Positions 1-7,372 of a stretch of DNA of 14,708 bases are shown piece after piece. The position numbers and the translations under genes were made by a program. Source of the DNA: Candidatus Terraquivivens tikiterensis. Lineage in GTDB: Archaea > Thermoproteota > Nitrososphaeria_A > Caldarchaeales > Wolframiiraptoraceae. Location: positions 1 to 14,708 of the forward strand of contig NDWU01000028.1 of assembly GCA_003056285.1 (NCBI GenBank), written 5' to 3'. Numbering within the stretch: the first letter of the stretch is position 1; each line of letters opens with the position of its first letter. The notes under the pieces are model-generated. The model worked only from the letters and a program-made list of their open reading frames with translations, had not been told where the DNA came from and searched no databases.

Positions 1-215
1 GGTAAAGCTCCTTGTGGTTAGACAAGTCACCAATACTCCTCGACATTCCCATCAACCTTTGCCTCCAACCCTGCGACCCCTCCCCTGGGTCAGCGTGTTC
101 TCCATCTACGCTCGCGGCGTCCAGCAAAGGTCGAGACGCTTTTACCTAAAATTCTTTAACGTCAGGCGTGCGGCATCCTATTTGCCGTAGAACATGTGTC
201 GTGAAGTCGTAAACG

Positions 216-1583
216 CTAGCCCTGCACCGTAGGCCCTTCGCCGGGTTTACTTCCTACACCATCCTCGGCTTTTTTAACAGTTAGGGTTCCGTCCTCCATC
301 AGCCTCACGATGACCCTGCTCCCCTCGCTCAACCCCATCTTCTCGGCAACCTCCGCAGGTATGCTTATCCTCCTGCCAGAGAGGACCTTCTGTAACCTGT
401 CGACGACTGGCATGACATCGGTTTTCTGCTCAGTCTCCTTTTCCTTCCCTTCCTCGCAGAGCTGCTCCTTAGAGTCGGTCTTAGTAAGTTTTCTATCAGA
501 TGCCCTCTTGAAGATCTTGGAGAGCTTTGTGACCGCGAATCCCGCAATACCTGCGGCTTGTGCTATCGCGATCCAAACAACCAATGTCCTCTCCCAGCTT
601 GCAACTGCGTACTGCTGGCTCAGGCTCTTGTATTCCTCTTCGCTTTCCTTCAACGACCTCTGTAGGCTTCCTATCTTCTCTAGGGCGTCATCATACCTTG
701 CCCGAAGGTCTTTGTATTCCTTCTTCAGCTCGTCGTATAGCGTCGTTAGTATCGTGTACTCCTTGGTGAGCGAGCTGTAGTCTGAGCTGAGGTTTTCGTA
801 TTCATGCCTTAGGCTCTCCTCGGACTTTAGCAACGAGTCGTACCTATCGCGAAGCGTGGCGTATTGTGTAGAGAGGTTGAGATAGCTATGACGGATGGAT
901 GAAAGCTCCGCATCCAGCTTTGATATATTATCCTTCAGCTGTACGTTGAGAGCCTCGGCTGATGCGAGCCTGTACTTTAGCAACCCGTTTTCAACCTCCA
1001 AGGCATTAACCAGCTCGTTCAGCTTCGAGACTTCATCCCTAAGCCTGCTCGCTTCCAACCTTAGCGCGCTAACGGCACTCCTTAGGCTTGAAACCTCGGA
1101 CTGGAGCGCGCTTATCGTAGACTTTGCGGCGTCAAGCTCTGCCGTCAGTTCTGAATAGTACTTATCCCTGACGGTCGCCATGTAAAACTCCTGTAGCAGG
1201 CCTCCGCTTGCATAGGTGGCGTTAATCCTTGCGGATACGAGCGTGCCGAGCGTCGACGGCGGACAGAGCGTCAGCACACCGCTATACGCCAAGCCAGGCC
1301 CACCGCTGAAAGATGTTACGACGTAGGCGTCGTAGAGCGTCGCGGTAGACGAGGCCGTATGGTAGATGACTTTTAGGTGCACGTTGAGGTTCGATACGGT
1401 TTTCAGGACGGTCACGTCAACCCTTACGCTGAAGCAAGTGCTTGGCTTCACTTCCGTCGGGTAGCCCAGGTCTATCTTGACGGAACCATCGTTTATGCTC
1501 ATGGCGAAGGCCTCTGCGTTGGCGCTGGGTATGAAGAGAGCTAACGCGATGAACAGCAGAAGAATATAACGATGCCCCCTCAA
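216..1583 (-). CDS. Membrane-anchored coiled-coil protein: signal peptide, beta-rich ectodomain, ~190-aa heptad coiled coil, one TM helix, C-terminal cytoplasmic SpoVT/AbrB-like domain
   Basis: 455-aa ORF with a TTG start at 1583; there is no in-frame ATG until after the hydrophobic leader. The N-terminus MRGHRYILLLFIALALFIPSANA/EA has a basic n-region, a hydrophobic core and an A-x-A type end. Residues ~141-328 show unbroken heptad periodicity. Residues 333-353 (TLVVWIAIAQAAGIAGFAVTK) form a hydrophobic helix followed by a K/R-rich stretch. Residues ~393-436 (RLQKVLSGRRISIPAEVAEKMGLSEGSRVIVRLMEDGTLTV) fit the SpoVT/AbrB swapped-hairpin pattern. An AT-rich TATA-like box lies at 1621-1635 on the minus strand. 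Confidence 0.8.
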   Translation of the reverse strand: MRGHRYILLLFIALALFIPSANAEAFAMSINDGSVKIDLGYPTEVKPSTCFSVRVDVTVLKTVSNLNVHLKVIYHTASSTATLYDAYVVTSFSGGPGLAYSGVLTLCPPSTLGTLVSARINATYASGGLLQEFYMATVRDKYYSELTAELDAAKSTISALQSEVSSLRSAVSALRLEASRLRDEVSKLNELVNALEVENGLLKYRLASAEALNVQLKDNISKLDAELSSIRHSYLNLSTQYATLRDRYDSLLKSEESLRHEYENLSSDYSSLTKEYTILTTLYDELKKEYKDLRARYDDALEKIGSLQRSLKESEEEYKSLSQQYAVASWERTLVVWIAIAQAAGIAGFAVTKLSKIFKRASDRKLTKTDSKEQLCEEGKEKETEQKTDVMPVVDRLQKVLSGRRISIPAEVAEKMGLSEGSRVIVRLMEDGTLTVKKAEDGVGSKPGEGPTVQG

Positions 1584-1650
1584 GCCTGAAGCCCCTGTTG
1601 CTTTTTTGCCCGTAGCGCATATTAATTTTACTATACAGGGCGCTACGCCG

Positions 1651-3117
1651 TCACATACCTATCCAAGATTTTACGGCGCTTACTATTATGCTGAGGATCG
1701 GCGCGTTAGCAAACCCAAATAGGATGACCAGAAGCAGTAGGACACCCATCGGGAATACCATGCTGGCGGGCGCCTCCTTTGCCCCCTCGTGCCTAGATTC
1801 CAGGAAGAATACTGCCCTTACCATCCTGAGATAGTAGGCCGCCGTGATGGCTGTCGCGAGTATGGCAACGGACGCCAATAACGCCTTACCGGACGCGAAG
1901 GCTCCAGAGAATATCATCCACTCGCTCGCGAAGCCTCCAAGCGGAGGGGTCCCAGCTATCGACAGGCCTGCTACGAGCATCGTCATGGCAGTGACTGGCA
2001 TCCTTGGGGCTAGGCCTCCGAGCCTCGACAGATCCCTCTCCTTGACGCTGTGTATCAGGGCGCCTGCACCCATGAAGAGCAATCCCTTGGCAAAGCCGTG
2101 GTTAAGGACGTGGAAGAGGCCGCCGGATACGCCCATAGGTGCGAGCGACGAGAGGCCGAAGAGTATGTAGCCCATCTGGCTGATGCTGCTGTAAGCCAAA
2201 AGCCTCTTAACGTCGTTCTGAACGAGCGCCATGATGCCTCCCCAAAGCATCGTCACGACGGCGAGCGGCATAAGCCAAGCAGACATCTCCGAGACGGCCG
2301 CCGGCATGAGGCCGAGGAGTAGCCTTGCGAAGGCGTAGACCCCGGTCTTTATCATAACGCCGCTCAAGAGGACGCTTATGGGCGTTGGCGCCTCCGCATG
2401 GGCGTCTGGAAGCCACGTGTGGAACGGGAATACTGCCATCTTAACTGCCGCCCCCACGAACACCAGCGCAGCTATGCCCAGCAGGGACGTCCTGTGGATT
2501 TCGTAGGCACGGGGAACGCTCCCTAAGAGTAACGACATATCCATGCTGCCGAATATGGAATTCAGCCAAGCTATGCCGAGGAGCATGCAGAGGGCGCCAG
2601 CATGCGTGAAGAGGAAGTACTTGAAGCCTATGAGCCTAGGGTTACCCGTTCCCCAGTACGCTATGAGGAAGTAGGATGGGATGAGCATGATCTCCCAGAA
2701 TATGTATAGCATGAATAGGTTCCAGGATAGGACGACGCCCATCATGCCCGTTTGGAATATCTGGAGCAGCGGGTAGTAAACCTCTAACCTGCTCTCGTGC
2801 TCCATGTACCTATGAGAGTAAACGCTAGCTAAGAAGCCCATGAGCGATATGAGCAGCGCGAAAGGGTAGCTTAAGCTGTCGAGCATGAAGCTCAGGTTAA
2901 GGCCGAACGCTGGTATCCAGCCGTATGCCTCGTAGAGCCGCTTACCGTCCATTATAGCCGTTGCGTGGTAAAGGATTATCAGGAAAGGTATTAAACAGGA
3001 GGCATGGGACAAGGCTGCCCCGTACTTCCATGAGCGCCTACCTAACAAGTAGGTGAAGGGCGAGGCGATTAATGGAAGAAAAACGCTAAAGATGAGGGCG
3101 TAACCCATTCCCGTCAT
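1651..3117 (-). CDS. nuoM: Proton-conducting membrane transporter, NuoM / MrpD-like antiporter subunit (complex I subunit M/N family)
   Basis: 488-aa polytopic membrane ORF. It carries family hallmarks: WEIMLIPSYFLI, HTWLPDAHAEAPTPISVLLSGVMIKTGVYAFARL and KRLLAYSSISQMGY. Its ATG overlaps the upstream gene's TGA by 4 nt (ATGA at 3114-3117), which indicates translational coupling. Confidence 0.88.
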   Translation of the reverse strand: MTGMGYALIFSVFLPLIASPFTYLLGRRSWKYGAALSHASCLIPFLIILYHATAIMDGKRLYEAYGWIPAFGLNLSFMLDSLSYPFALLISLMGFLASVYSHRYMEHESRLEVYYPLLQIFQTGMMGVVLSWNLFMLYIFWEIMLIPSYFLIAYWGTGNPRLIGFKYFLFTHAGALCMLLGIAWLNSIFGSMDMSLLLGSVPRAYEIHRTSLLGIAALVFVGAAVKMAVFPFHTWLPDAHAEAPTPISVLLSGVMIKTGVYAFARLLLGLMPAAVSEMSAWLMPLAVVTMLWGGIMALVQNDVKRLLAYSSISQMGYILFGLSSLAPMGVSGGLFHVLNHGFAKGLLFMGAGALIHSVKERDLSRLGGLAPRMPVTAMTMLVAGLSIAGTPPLGGFASEWMIFSGAFASGKALLASVAILATAITAAYYLRMVRAVFFLESRHEGAKEAPASMVFPMGVLLLLVILFGFANAPILSIIVSAVKSWIGM

Positions 3118-5030
3118 GCACGAATGCCCCCGAAAAGCATGATCAAGAATATCGCTAAGAGTATCGCGATTCCCAGCGCGTACCCGCTGACGTTGACGTT
3201 GCTGCTACCTGTCTGCAGGTACCTGAAGGCTTGGACGAAGGACTGCGTAGCCCTAGCAAGCGCGTAGTTAAAGCCATCTATGACCTTCTCCTCAACGTAC
3301 TTCCTGACCTTCGAAGAAAGCCAGAGCGTTCCATCCACAAAAACCCTGTAGTATGCGTGGTCTATGTAGTACCTGTTCACCAGCAACTTGTGAAGCGCAG
3401 AACCCAAACCGTTTTTCCTCATAGCCGATGGGTCGATTAGGGGGGTGCCCCTAGATACTGCTGAGAGGTAGAAGGCGTAGGCAAGCGATAGGCCGGATGC
3501 CAGTATGACGGCCGAGGTTGCGTACGCTGCGGGGCTAGGACCAAAGTGGTTATGAAGGCCGACGTACCCTGCGAACTGTTCCTCGAAGAGGCCGACAAGT
3601 AGGCTGAGTCCTGCGAGGGCTATCAGAGGCACCGTCATGACCTTTGGGGCCTCGCGTGCGTGGGAGGAGCTTGGGCCTGGGGGCGATAGGAAGATCTTAT
3701 AAACCCACCTCATGATGTAGGCGACGGTCAGAATCGATGTAAGAACGACGAGAAGGTAGACTACCGTATTGCCGGCCTCGAGCGATGCCTCTATTATTAG
3801 GTCCTTGCTGAAGAAGCCGCTGAAGGGCGGTACACCAGAGAGCGCGAGCGCGCCAAAAAGGGAGGCGGTGAACGTGAGCGGCATCCTCCTTGCCAGCCCA
3901 CCCATCTCGTCGATGTCGTTCGTATGGACAGCGTGGATTACCGCTCCAGCCGAGAGGAATAGCAGGGCCTTGAATACGCTGTGGCTTAGGACGTGGAACT
4001 GGCTGGAGAACCATCCGAGCTCAGATGACAGGCCGAGGGCGGCGAACATCAGCCCAAGCTGGCTTATAGTAGAGTATGCAACCACCCTCTTTATGTCGTT
4101 CATCACGAGGCCCATCGTCGCTGCCATGAAAGCCGTTACCGCCCCTATCGTCGCTACCGTCTCGTACCAAGGAGCCAGGATTCTGCCGAAGGCTTCTATA
4201 GGGGCGATCGTGAGAGCCGTCCTGGCAACCAGGTATACGCCGGCTTTTACCATCGTAGCCGCGTGGATGAGGGCGCTGACCGGTGTCGGCCCCTCCATGG
4301 CATCCGGTAGCCAGACGTGTAGGGGGAACTGGGCCGATTTCCCCATGGCACCCCCAAAGATGAGCAGCATGCACGCAAGAACGAAACCTTGGGCACCGGG
4401 GTCCTTTGAGACAAGCTCCTCCAGACCGGCAGAGAGCCCGCGTACGCTAAACGTACCGATGGATCTGTAAAGTAAGAGTATGCCTATTAAGAACGCCGCA
4501 TCGCCAACCCTGGTCGTAATGAACGCCTTTATTCCAGCATGCGCGGCTGACGGCTTCCTATACCAGAAACCAATCAGGGCGTAAGAGCACACCCCTACTA
4601 TCTCCCAGAATACGTAAGTTTGTAGCAGGTTATCGGAAAGTACGAGGCCTACCATAGCACCTACGAAGAAGAGCATGAAGAAGTAATACCTAGGAAGCCC
4701 TTCCTCGTGCTCCATGTAGCCTAAGGAGTATAGGATGATGAGCGTGCCGAGGAAGGATGCGATCGAGGCGAACAACACGGATAAAGGGTCCACGAGGACG
4801 CCTGCCTCAACCCAGCTGCCGTCGGGCATGGGCATCCACTTTATCCTCTCTTCTATAGCCCTCCCTCCCCATACGTCGAAGACCATGGAGAGGGAGAAGA
4901 CGGCAGAGGCTGAGGCCACGGCTACTGGATAAATCTCGCCCGCCCTTTTGCTCAGCCTGAAAAACGCGGGGACGAAAACGGAGCCGACGATGGGTATCAG
5001 CCAAGAAAGCCATGCTGCGGACGGCAACAT
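3114..5030 (-). CDS. nuoL: Proton-conducting membrane transporter, NuoL / MrpA-like antiporter subunit with C-terminal lateral-helix extension
   Basis: 638-aa polytopic membrane ORF. It has WEIVGVCSYALIGFWY, HVWLPDAMEGPTPVSALIHAATMVKAGVYLVART and KRVVAYSTISQLGLMF. The C-terminal extension (IDGFNYALARATQSFVQAFRYLQTG plus a final TM) is typical of the NuoL/MrpA long amphipathic helix. Confidence 0.88.
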   Translation of the reverse strand: MLPSAAWLSWLIPIVGSVFVPAFFRLSKRAGEIYPVAVASASAVFSLSMVFDVWGGRAIEERIKWMPMPDGSWVEAGVLVDPLSVLFASIASFLGTLIILYSLGYMEHEEGLPRYYFFMLFFVGAMVGLVLSDNLLQTYVFWEIVGVCSYALIGFWYRKPSAAHAGIKAFITTRVGDAAFLIGILLLYRSIGTFSVRGLSAGLEELVSKDPGAQGFVLACMLLIFGGAMGKSAQFPLHVWLPDAMEGPTPVSALIHAATMVKAGVYLVARTALTIAPIEAFGRILAPWYETVATIGAVTAFMAATMGLVMNDIKRVVAYSTISQLGLMFAALGLSSELGWFSSQFHVLSHSVFKALLFLSAGAVIHAVHTNDIDEMGGLARRMPLTFTASLFGALALSGVPPFSGFFSKDLIIEASLEAGNTVVYLLVVLTSILTVAYIMRWVYKIFLSPPGPSSSHAREAPKVMTVPLIALAGLSLLVGLFEEQFAGYVGLHNHFGPSPAAYATSAVILASGLSLAYAFYLSAVSRGTPLIDPSAMRKNGLGSALHKLLVNRYYIDHAYYRVFVDGTLWLSSKVRKYVEEKVIDGFNYALARATQSFVQAFRYLQTGSSNVNVSGYALGIAILLAIFLIMLFGGIRA

Positions 5031-5136
5031 GATTAAAAATAGAATCCTTTAACAATCATTTAAACGTTGAGCTTCTCGGGATACCTGACCGCTCTACAGA
5101 TACGCATTTATACCATGCTTTACGTCGCAATAACCA
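5031..5136. promoter_or_regulatory. Divergent promoter region with two TATA-like boxes
   Basis: TTTAAA at 5059-5064 lies ~31 nt upstream of the minus-strand ATG at 5030. TTTATA at 5107-5112 is centred ~27 nt upstream of the plus-strand GTG at 5137, consistent with a leaderless transcript. Confidence 0.45.
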
Positions 5137-5436
5137 GTGATCGGGTTGGAGATCGTGCTGAGGGTAAGCCCGGAGAACGTCGATAGGGCAAGGAGCGTGC
5201 TGTTAAACGACGACGTCGTGTCAAGGGCCAACGTCCTGTTTAGGGATGCGAGGATACTGGAAAGGGATGGATACTACGTTAGAATAATAGGGACCGAGGA
5301 GCAGTGCTCAAAGGCCTTAGAGCTAACGAGGGGCATGGCGGAGGAGGTCAAGGGCGAGGAAAGGGAGGCTGTGCTCTCCAAGCTAAGGGAAGAGGGGGAT
5401 GCGGCCATGAAGGGTTTTAGGATGATCTTTGGCTAG
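5137..5436 (+). CDS. Small acidic hypothetical protein (99 aa) with a ribosomal-stalk-like C-terminal tail
   Basis: GTG-initiated ORF placed at leaderless distance from a TATA-like box. The composition is protein-like. The C-terminus is EEGDAAMKGFRMIFG. I did not recognise a family. Confidence 0.6.
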   Translation: MIGLEIVLRVSPENVDRARSVLLNDDVVSRANVLFRDARILERDGYYVRIIGTEEQCSKALELTRGMAEEVKGEEREAVLSKLREEGDAAMKGFRMIFG

Positions 5437-5470
5437 TCAGCCCGACTCTCTCGGAAACGTTGGGTGATGC

Positions 5471-5480
5471 TTAAATATTT
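5471..5480 (+). promoter_or_regulatory. TATA-like box upstream of the radical SAM gene
   Basis: TTAAATATTT at 5471-5480 predicts a transcription start near 5500. It is followed by GGTGATC (5512-5518), which matches the 3' part of the archaeal SD consensus GGAGGTGATC, and then by ATG at 5521. This argues against the longer 5464 start. Confidence 0.4.
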
Positions 5481-5520
5481 TCGAAAAAGAATGCAAATAC
5501 CGCGCCGCAACGGTGATCGG

Positions 5521-7110
5521 ATGGGCAGACGAATAGTCCTAACCTGCGACAGAACCCTGACGAGCGAGTATAGACACGTACCGCTCCTCGACTTCCTCCC
5601 CTGCGCGCCTTCCGAGAAGGTCCCGGAGTTTCTCTTCAAATTTCTGGCACCGCAGATACCTGCGGTAGAAGGCATCTTGCCCTATGCACCCTACGGTCTT
5701 AGAAAGGTTGAGGCATCGCTGCTAAGGGAATATAGCGATAAGGATGTGGTGGTTGCCCATCCCGACTACGTGGAGAGCTTCATCGACGAGGATACAAGGG
5801 TCGTTGGAATATACGAGATGGACCCGCTGGGCCTGGGTCCTTTAAGCCTCGCTTTCACGACAGGCCAATTTACATCCTTCTCGAAAAAATACTTCTTTGA
5901 GCTCATCGACAAGCTCAATTCGATAAGAAGCTCTAAGGGGCTTACGTTCAAGATCGTTGTGGGCGGCCCTGGCTCATGGTACTTAGACGTGAGGCCCCAG
6001 GTAAGGAGTGAGCTTAAAATAGACCACGTGGTCATAGGCGAGGCGGACCACGTAGCACCGCTGCTCTTCAAGGAGTTCGAGGAAGGAGACCCGCCCGAGA
6101 CTATAAAGATTACAAAGCCGCCGAGGTTGGAAGAAATACCTCTGATAGTCAACCCAAGCATACACGGTCTCGTTGAGGTCATGAGGGGTTGCGGCAGGAA
6201 CTGTCAATTCTGCGACCCTACCCTTAGGGTTGCTAGGTACATTCCGGTGGAGAACGTGCTAGAAGAGATCAAGGTTAACACGATGCACGGGATCCATAAC
6301 GCATGGGTCCATAGCGAGGACATCTTCCTGTACAGGGTTGAGGACAGGAAGAACTTCTACCCGAACAGGGATGCGCTCGTAGAGCTTTTCTCAGCCGTGA
6401 CGTCGTCACAGGGCATAAGGCACAGTAACCCGACGCACGGAACCGTGGCGCCGGCGGCAGCCGACCCACTTCTCATACACCAGCTCTCGAGGGTGCTGAG
6501 GGGTTCTCCGGAACACTGGATAGGAATACAGTGCGGGATGGAGACGGGCTCTGGAAGCTTGCTTGCCAGGTACATGCCCCTGAAGGCCAAGCCGTTCAGC
6601 CCTGAGGAGTGGCCCGAGGTCGTAATAAACGGTACTGCTGTATTCAACATGAACTACTGGTTCCCGGGCTTCACGCTGTTGACCGGTCTTCCTACAGAAA
6701 CCGACGACGACGCGTGGGATACCGTCAGACTCTTAGATGCCATGGAAAGGATCCTGCCCGAGAAGCTAGGCGAGAAAGCCCACTTCACGGCAACGCCCCT
6801 ATTCTTTGTTCCGATGGGAGTATTGAGCGGCGAGGAGTTCTTTGACGCAAGGAATTTGACGGAGGCGCAGATGTGCGTGATATACAGGGCATGGAGGCAC
6901 ATACTCATAGAGCTGAACAACCTTCCGCCCCGGCTGATAAAGCTGAACCCGATCCTGAAGCTGGCGTTTAACATCATATCCCACTTCGGCGCCAACCTAG
7001 TGGTAAAGGTCATAGAGAAGTCAGCGAAGTCCATGGGTTACGACGTCTCGAAGGCCCTGAGGGTTAGCCCGATGGAGGTGAGGGTTAGCCTACCCCAGCT
7101 TCCCGCTTAG
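5521..7110 (+). CDS. Radical SAM protein with an N-terminal Rossmann/B12-binding-like domain (COG1032-like Fe-S oxidoreductase)
   Basis: The CxxxCxxC motif GCGRNCQFC (C243/C247/C250 of the 548-aa ORF, nt 6190-6213) is preceded by a VVGGPGS glycine-rich strand. The ORF is open from 5464 (GTG), but the TATA box and SD-like element favour ATG 5521 (MGRRIVLTCD...). Confidence 0.85.
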   Translation: MGRRIVLTCDRTLTSEYRHVPLLDFLPCAPSEKVPEFLFKFLAPQIPAVEGILPYAPYGLRKVEASLLREYSDKDVVVAHPDYVESFIDEDTRVVGIYEMDPLGLGPLSLAFTTGQFTSFSKKYFFELIDKLNSIRSSKGLTFKIVVGGPGSWYLDVRPQVRSELKIDHVVIGEADHVAPLLFKEFEEGDPPETIKITKPPRLEEIPLIVNPSIHGLVEVMRGCGRNCQFCDPTLRVARYIPVENVLEEIKVNTMHGIHNAWVHSEDIFLYRVEDRKNFYPNRDALVELFSAVTSSQGIRHSNPTHGTVAPAAADPLLIHQLSRVLRGSPEHWIGIQCGMETGSGSLLARYMPLKAKPFSPEEWPEVVINGTAVFNMNYWFPGFTLLTGLPTETDDDAWDTVRLLDAMERILPEKLGEKAHFTATPLFFVPMGVLSGEEFFDARNLTEAQMCVIYRAWRHILIELNNLPPRLIKLNPILKLAFNIISHFGANLVVKVIEKSAKSMGYDVSKALRVSPMEVRVSLPQLPA

Positions 7111-7165
7111 CATGCCAAAAGGTTCAATAAGCCCTGCGCCTTACAGGATTACTAGCCGGGGAAAG

Positions 7166-7255
7166 GCCGGGGTTGGCGAAGAGCCACCGAAGGCCGAGCA
7201 GCTAGGCGGCGGCCTGCAGAGCCGCTCTACTCGGGTGCAAATCCCGACCCCGGCT
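7166..7255 (+). tRNA. tRNA-Cys (anticodon GCA) with ~18 extra nt between position 8/9 and the D stem (putative non-canonical intron)
   Basis: - Acceptor stem GCCGGGG (7166-7172) pairs with CCCCGGC (7248-7254), 7 perfect bp.
- Discriminator is T7255.
- T arm is TCGGG-TGCAAAT-CCCGA (7231-7247).
- Variable loop is TCTAC.
- Anticodon arm is GCGGC-CTGCAGA-GCCGC (7209-7225) with T33, anticodon GCA at 7216-7218 and G37.
- D arm is GCCG-AGCAGCT-AGGC (7193-7207).
- Total length is 90 nt against ~72 expected. The surplus block (~7174-7192) contains its own hairpin TGGC-GAAGA-GCCA.
- CCA is not encoded. Confidence 0.75.
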
Positions 7256-7339
7256 TCGCCGTTGAATTCATGGACTCGGCGAGGTTTAAATGAGCCGGCA
7301 GCACCAATCCGTCTCAGTCAGCTGTTTGCTTCCGAATTG

Positions 7340-7350
7340 TTTAAATAAAA
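7340..7350 (+). promoter_or_regulatory. TATA-like box for the excisionase-type HTH ORF
   Basis: TTTAAATAAAA is centred ~29 nt upstream of ATG 7373, consistent with a leaderless transcript. Confidence 0.4.
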
Positions 7351-7372
7351 CTTTATTTTCTTTATTACTTTG

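Noticed and set aside
1-52. Possible 5' end of a minus-strand gene running off the left edge (ATG at 52-50, MGMSRSIGDLSNHKELY…, preceded by GGAGG ~9 nt upstream).
   Set aside because: Only 17 codons are visible and no motif is recognisable. That is too little sequence to support a call, though it may be a real downstream gene of the 216-1583 unit.
310-1158. Plus-strand ORFs 310-780, 560-769 and 895-1158 (Ser/Leu/Ala-rich).
   Set aside because: They are antisense shadows of the coiled-coil gene. Codons for E/K/L/S-rich heptads give open, Ser/Leu-rich antisense frames. They have no promoter or motif support and lie fully inside a far better ORF.
1844-4470. Internal and antisense ORFs within the antiporter genes (for example 1844-2170, 2050-2322 and 3769-4470, the last being 233 aa).
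   Set aside because: Their composition is Arg/Pro/Ser/Ala-rich and low-complexity. They are entirely nested in the strongly motif-supported NuoM/NuoL-like frames, as is typical of GC-rich gene shadows.
7112-7348. 78-aa plus-strand ORF.
   Set aside because: It spans the tRNA-Cys gene and its flanks, and the translation is Gly/Pro/Arg-rich nonsense.
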